DNA from: Octopus vulgaris
Taxonomy: Eukaryota
DNA: 64,000 bases
Assembly (NCBI GenBank): GCA_951406725.2
Contig: OX597826.1
Location: 76,446,001-76,510,000 of the forward strand
Direction of reading: 5' to 3'
Under the pieces are notes generated by a model, which was not told the origin of the DNA, did no database searches, and saw only the letters and a program-made list of their open reading frames with translations. This document shows positions 57,511 through 64,000 of this stretch, one piece after another. The first letter of the stretch is position 1. Each line of letters starts with the position of its first letter. The position numbers were made by a program, and so were the translations under genes.

Positions 57511-57907
57511 GATACAACATTTACAGTGTTCACATAGCAATGAGCAGTTATCCTCAGCTACAGCTTTGATCTTTATGCTCTCCAAAGCCGTTCACTGTTC
57601 AATACATCAATCTGTTTTTGAGAAATAAAAAAGGAAGCATGATGGTAATGTGTGATTTGAGGGGGTTTGGCTACCATTTCTAAGAGTTCGAGTGACTGCA
57701 AGGGCTTTCCCTCGTTGACTCGTTCGGAATATCACAAGATGTGTATGTGTGTATGTGTGTATGTGTGTGTGTGTGAGAGAGAGAGAGTGAGAGAGAGAGT
57801 GAGAGAGACAGAGAGTGAGAGAGAGATAGAAAGAGAAAGATAGATAGGTAGATAGAAACAGAGAGAGAGAGAGTGAGAGAGAGATAGAGAAAGATAGATA
57901 GGTAGAT

Positions 57908-57939
<32 letters not shown>

Positions 57940-57956
57940 TGAGAGAGATAGATAGG

Positions 57957-58025
<69 letters not shown>

Positions 58026-58139
58026 CCTGGCAGGATCAAGAATGGATTAAGGCGTGTGTGCACGCGCGGGTGTGTGTGTGTGTGTATGTGTGTAACCATT
58101 TGTGTCGTCGGTTCACTCTGGTCTGTACTAAAAGAGTTT

Positions 58140-59130
58140 CTTCTCACCCCAACCATCACTCCTCCACCATCACCCCCTCCACCATCCCTACTTCTACTAC
58201 CTCTCATACCATTACCATCATCAGCCGCACCATCAGGCTACAATAACCACCACCGCTATACATAGTTGCTAACATAGCACTACCAATAGGCTCTATCGCA
58301 GCAACTTCTGCCGTCACTGCAACCACCACCACCACCACCACCACCACCACCACCACCACCACCACCGCCAACGTCACCACATTCGACTCAACTATCCTCA
58401 TCACCACCATTATCCCCACCATCATCACCATCACCATCACCCCCACCACTACCACCATCACCACCATCATCATCACCAATACCACTTCGACTACTATTCC
58501 CACTACTTATACTAACAGACACTATTACCACCTCCGCCGCCGCCGCCTCCACCACCACAACTACCACCATCACCACGACCACTATTTCCACCACCCTGCC
58601 ACTGTTCCCATCACTTACATCACCACTACCACTGCGACCATCACCCTACTCTCACCATCACTCGCTATCACCACTCCTCCTCCTCCTCCTCCCACTCCCA
58701 TTATGTTATACATATTTGAAATATTTAAAAAATAAAGCAAGTGAAATTGATAATTCTTCCATTTCAACTTCCTCTCAACCTTCTCCTCTCTCCATTCCCC
58801 CCTCTATATTCTCCTTCTTTCTCTACTCCCCCTCCCCGCCACGCCATCACTTATTAATGCAGCAGTTATTAATTCGAATTTCTCAACTAAATCCGAAACT
58901 GCGCACATTTTTCACACCACCACCGCCACCACCACTACCACCACCACCACTACCACCACCACCGCCACCGTCGCCGCCATCAACACAATCTCCGCCACCA
59001 CTGCCGCCATCATCATCATCGACAATAATATTGATACAACCGACAACACCCTAACCATTCCTTGCTCTACCGCCACATTATTACCAACCACCAGGTACCA
59101 CTTCCAGCACCACTCTTATAGCCATCTTCA
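58140..59130. repeat. (CAC/CAT)n-rich low-complexity region
   Basis: Directly visible; source of the poly-P/T/V ORFs. Confidence 0.9.
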
Positions 59131-60139
59131 CCATGCACAAATCCCCACATCACATCATCCCCTCTACCAGTAAAAGCATGACCAGCATCCTCGCCGTCCC
59201 CCATCATCACCACCGTCACGAGAACGAGTCTACAAAAGAGCTTCTACGTTGCTACGCGACCAGAAAGCGAGAAATAACAGTTAAATCTTCCTTGGATCAT
59301 AGGAAACTTCTTAGAGTAGGAAACATCCGATATTGTAACCCAGAATTCTCTGCATGTAGGAAAAAAGATGTAGGTAAAACAGATGGGCATGTTTGGAATA
59401 TGTCTGAAACATATCTGCTTTGTGAAGACTGACCTAGGGCTATAACAACAACGGTTGTCACACAAACTCATATATCGCCATCACAACCACCTCCACCGCA
59501 ACTACCGCCACCAGTAGAATCTCCCCCACCCTAACTATAATCCCATCATTACCATCATGGCCATCGCGAAACCCATCACCATCACAACGATCATGAATAC
59601 CGCCCCAGAACAACTATCGTTTCTATCAGCACCATTTAGAACCATACCAATGCCAACCACCGTCTTAAATCTACACGTCACCACACTCCACCCCGCACCC
59701 TCACAATCAGTTTAGGAAGCGACATCTCCACTCGTATGTTTAAGTGATCATTGCAGACTTTGGACTAAACAGGAACAACAGCCAGACAACAATCACCATC
59801 ACTACAACGCCAGTACTCCCAAAACCCCTACAGCGAACAACGCCACCACTACCATCTCAACACCGCATCCCAATCACTACCACCACTACTACCAACATCA
59901 CCATAACCCCCACCAACACCACCATCATAGTCATTAAGTACCACAGCAATGTCATATCGTCACCACAAATGCGAAACACCATGTACCATAAAATACCACA
60001 ACCACCACCACCACTATCATCATTATTATAGTACAATAACCGTAATACCACCATCCTCGCCACCATCACGAAACATCATACACCACCTCTTACCACTAGC
60101 ACCACCATGAACCATGATCTTGGTGATGGGTAGTTTTCG

Positions 60140-61840
60140 TCTATCGAATTTTTGGTTAATTCATAACCAAATCACCTGGCTGTTTCTGGCGTATTATTGG
60201 GTCTGTTTACTTCATACAGTCTTGAGAGACCGTATCTTTTCGATGAGATTGGGAATATTTTGTTAAATATACTACAACATCCATGTTGGTGATTTTCTTG
60301 TTGAACTCTGGATACAACGTCGTCGCAGGCTGCCTCTTCGAAGTTTGTGATTCTGTTTTTGTTCTTTTCATTGATGCACGAGTGTTTGTAACGATAACTG
60401 GTAGGTGATATTTATAAAAAATTGTCATTTGCATTGTGTACAGCAAGATTTGAAGAGATGGCCTGCATATCTATTCTTTAGACGTTCCGCTAGATTCAAA
60501 ATGCAGATATGCTAGTCACTGTTGTGTATGTCGCAGGAGAACAACTTGCTTTTATGACGACAATGTGTCGTAACACGCTCGGTTTTAAGGAAGCTGGACA
60601 ATTACTTGCCAGGCGATTGTGAAAACTTGGAATGTGGTGCAGGACGTGATATCTGGGGTAGAGCTATAACAGTTGGGTTGATGTGATATGTGCGTGTATT
60701 AGTTCAGAATGTGTTGTATGGAAGGGGAAAAAGATTTCGATTCTATTTTCTTATCTCCTTAGGAAATACATGATGTCGATTATACTCTTGTGATTGCTTG
60801 TCGTATATAAGCTTACTAGAATGAGCTTAGTGTGTGTGTTATTTTTAAATCATTTATTTTTAAACCCAGCTGTCTCGTTTAATGTCATTGCCAGTTAATT
60901 ACGAAATCTTTAGTGATATTTATATCTGAACTTTTGATATTTTGGGACCCTAGTTCGTGTCCCCCGAAGATCAAAAGCTAAGATTACATTACAAAATGAC
61001 GAAATAAAGACAATTTTTGAAAGCTTGAGTGTAATGTCGGCAGAATGAAGTATGGAAATTCTTTTGCTGAAGAATGAAGACACCTTTATTATTTTTGCAT
61101 TATCCTCTCTAGTGGAGAAAACTTTTAGTACAGTAGCCTCAATATTCTTTTCTACTCTAGGTACAAGGCCCGAATTTTTGGAGGAGGGACCAGTAGATCA
61201 GATCGACCTCAGTACGCAACTGGTACTTAATTTAACGACCTCGGCGGAATTTGAACTCAGAATGGAAAGACAGACGAAATACTGCTAAGCATTTCGCCCA
61301 GGATGCTAACGTTTCTGCCAGCTCGTCGCCTTTTTTGAAAGTAGATGCACTACTTTTGTTATAGAAAGATCAGGCTTGTCTTATTTTAGCATAATTCGGA
61401 GTGCTGGGAGTTTTATATTCAGGTAGTAAAAACGATTTTTAATGGAATTAATGTTGTCTTGTGGAATTTACAAATTTGTATAAAGTTTACAAAGCTTGGT
61501 TTTGTGCGCGAAGCGTTTATTTTGAAATGGTTCCCGTGCGAACTTGAAAGAGGAGCAACAGACCTCCCGTTTGTATGATTGCTATTACTGCTGTTGTCTT
61601 CGTTATTTTCCTTGCAAGTCGTATTTTTTTCTGTGGGGTGTAAAACGTGTTGCATGTTAGGGTCTGCATAAATATTTTGAAGACTTTGCAAGGCATTTCA
61701 AAGTTTATGAGATTGATTCGTGTAGAATCGCCGTCGGTGTCCTTCTCTGACGGTGTCTGTCTGTGCTGAGGAAAATATTGTTCTGCGTTGAGAACTGACA
61801 CAGAATCTTTATCGCTCTGAGTACAATATGAATCACATGA
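60140..61840 (-). mobile_element. Decayed piggyBac-like transposase fossil, interrupted by SINE C
   Basis: Minus-strand SGT/KNR (~60480) and KRQPATTLYPEFNKKITNMDVVVYLTKYSQSHRK resemble GT.R.NR and KP....YN....VD..D....Y...RK. The 5' extent is uncertain. Confidence 0.45.
61144..61332 (-). mobile_element. SINE family C with internal deletion
   Basis: Reverse complement of the head and type-2 tail of the 33389 element. Confidence 0.85.
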
Positions 61841-61913
61841 CTTTTGATAAGTTACCGATACAATGACATGTGAATCTTCACAACATACATGAACAAAACA
61901 ACAACAATAATGC

Positions 61914-62120
61914 TGATTTCTAATTTTGGCACAAGGCCAGCAATTCCAGGGGGTGGGAGTGCAAGTCGATTACATCGACTCCAGAATTCAACTGGTATTT
62001 GTTTTATTGATACCGAAAAGATGAGAGACGAAGTCAACCTCAGCGGAATTTGAACTCAGAACGTGAAGACGGACGAAATACCGCTAAAAATTTCGACCGA
62101 TTCCGCCAGCTCGACGCCTT
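61914..62120 (-). mobile_element. SINE family C
   Basis: Collinear with 47288-47488. Confidence 0.85.
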
Positions 62121-62334
62121 AATAATAATAATAATAATAATAATGATGATGATGATGATGATGATGATAATGATGATAATGATGATAATGATGATGATGA
62201 TGGACTCTCCCATCGAAGACGACGTATGAGCGTTCAGCTTTTGCCGAACAATCTACACAAATGCTTTGTTTATAGGGATCAAACGTTGGAGCTGCACATT
62301 AGCTCCCTCTCTCCATCAAATCAACGTTTCCCGA

Positions 62335-62497
62335 ACAGGTGCACTGTGTGTTATGCCTCAGGTGTCTAATTGATCACAGAGTAAACGCGAGATGAAGGGT
62401 TTTGCTCAAAAATACAACGCACCACCAGGCCTAGGAATTGAAATCACGACATAGCGATCGTGAGTGCAACACCCTAAACACAAAGCCATACGCCCTC
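62335..62497 (-). mobile_element. tRNA-derived CORE-like SINE head, diverged
   Basis: Reverse complement reads ggcgtatggctttgtgtttaggg...atttcaattcc...ttgagcaaaaccc. Confidence 0.6.
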
Positions 62498-62542
62498 GCA
62501 ATAATGATAACAACAACAACATCAACAATAATAATAATAATG

Positions 62543-62621
<79 letters not shown>

Positions 62622-63800
62622 TAATAATAATAATAATAATATGGTTTCATAAACGTGTGAAAAGTGTTGTAATGCAGTTCTTGTGTACCGATATAAAGTT
62701 AGTCGATTCTACCATTCTTCTGCGAATTGGTGACCTTGTGTCAACGGTAAAAGTCAATAATGACAGTGGTGATAATGTTTACCGTTCAAAAAAGAAAATG
62801 GCTAAATTGGATTAGAGATGCTTCCGGTGAAGATGCGGCGTGATCTTTTGCTGCAAATTACTTTCGCTGTGTTCTTTAAGTAGTTCTGTTGAAGTAACTG
62901 ACCTTCACTACTTCACCTGTTTAACTAATTTGCAAAATCAAAGGTGTGACATCACCTGCGTCAGGTTTATTAAACCACAAGATAATATCCTTATGATCTC
63001 TAAACTATACAACAGAGACATCTATAGTCGTTTAAGGAAAGGGAGAGAATGAGAGGAGTGGTGAGAGTAGAAGAATACATTGGGGCGGTGGAGGTGGGGA
63101 AAGAAAGAATTAGAGAACGAAATAGTGAGAACGGGTGTCAGAGAAAGTAAGAGACGGAGAGAAAAAGCGGGCACGATAGAAATCCCATTTGGAATCTGTA
63201 CACAGCGACACTTCAAATGCTTTATACTGTGCACAGTTTATTTTTTCTATATAGAAAAATACACACACACACAGACTGACATTCATATACATAAACATGC
63301 ATATGCACAGATATACATCAGAAGAGTTTGTACTCGATGTATATATATATATATATGAGAGTAGTTCGCGTGTATACAACAGTGCATGTGAGTACATGTA
63401 TGCGTGTATGTAGGTATAATGTCTACTCAATAAGTAAACATACCAAGTACCAAGCGCGGTCCCGTGTGTCTGAATATACGTTTGAACATAAATATATCTG
63501 CATAATTTTGTTACCATGCACAAATTTCCAGCACTCTCAATACATACACATACACACAAACACACACACACAGAGGGGTGCAGACGCACATACTTTAATA
63601 CACACGCACCAGGTGATATCTTCCAATTACAAGAACGTATGAAAACAATTGTACTGTCGCACAGTTGTATGATATCACTTTAGTAATAAAAGGATACCGA
63701 CTCTGCCGGTGTAGAGTCCTTTCTTAAGTTACGATCTTTTCGATACAAGATCGAAATGTGCAACGGATGCATGTATGTTTGCATGTATGTATGTATGTAT

Positions 63801-64000
63801 GTCCGTGGCTCAGTGGTTAGAGCGTAGGGCTCAAAACCATGAGATAGTGAGTTCGATTCCGGGACCGGGCTGTGTGTTGTCTTCTTGAGCAAGACACTTT
63901 ATTTCACGTTGCTACAGTCCACTCAACTGAAGAAATGAATTGCAACGTCATTGGTGCCAAGCTGTATCGGTCTTTGACTTTACTTTGGATAACATCAGAG
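63801..64000 (+). mobile_element. tRNA-derived SINE family D (runs off the window)
   Basis: A box tggctcagtgg, B box gttcgattcc, CORE-like cttgagcaagacact. Confidence 0.8.

Noticed and set aside
63801-63875. tRNA gene (also the heads at 6253, 15835, 32923, 33389, 38226)
   Set aside because: A and B boxes are present, but there is no convincing cloverleaf acceptor stem and each continues into a multi-copy SINE body.

Overview
This is an AT-rich, microsatellite-saturated animal genomic window with no intact host gene that I can support. The SINE, LINE and microsatellite landscape looks like octopus (coleoid cephalopod) DNA; that is inference from remembered repeat sequences, not a search. Almost all ORFs in the track are microsatellite translations. 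Real content: (i) five R4/Dong-like non-LTR retrotransposon fragments next to (AAT)n arrays, three of them stacked head-to-tail and one with a 354-aa open zinc-knuckle/REL ORF; (ii) several Penelope-like element (PLE) remnants with GIY-YIG motifs, inverted pseudo-LTRs and type-I hammerhead-ribozyme-like motifs with palindromic helix III; (iii) at least four tRNA-derived SINE families, including nested, composite and tail-swapped copies, plus a LINE 3' end sharing its tail with the commonest SINE; (iv) DNA transposon fossils (mariner, DD37D/maT-like, hAT MITE, piggyBac-like, pogo-like, Helitron/HINE-like); (v) a probable class A GPCR pseudogene. I found no convincing wholly new system. The best leads are the hammerhead-bearing fold-back elements in (TA)n and the partitioning of microsatellite types among element classes. 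All alignments, translations and folds were done by eye, and boundaries of degenerate elements are approximate.
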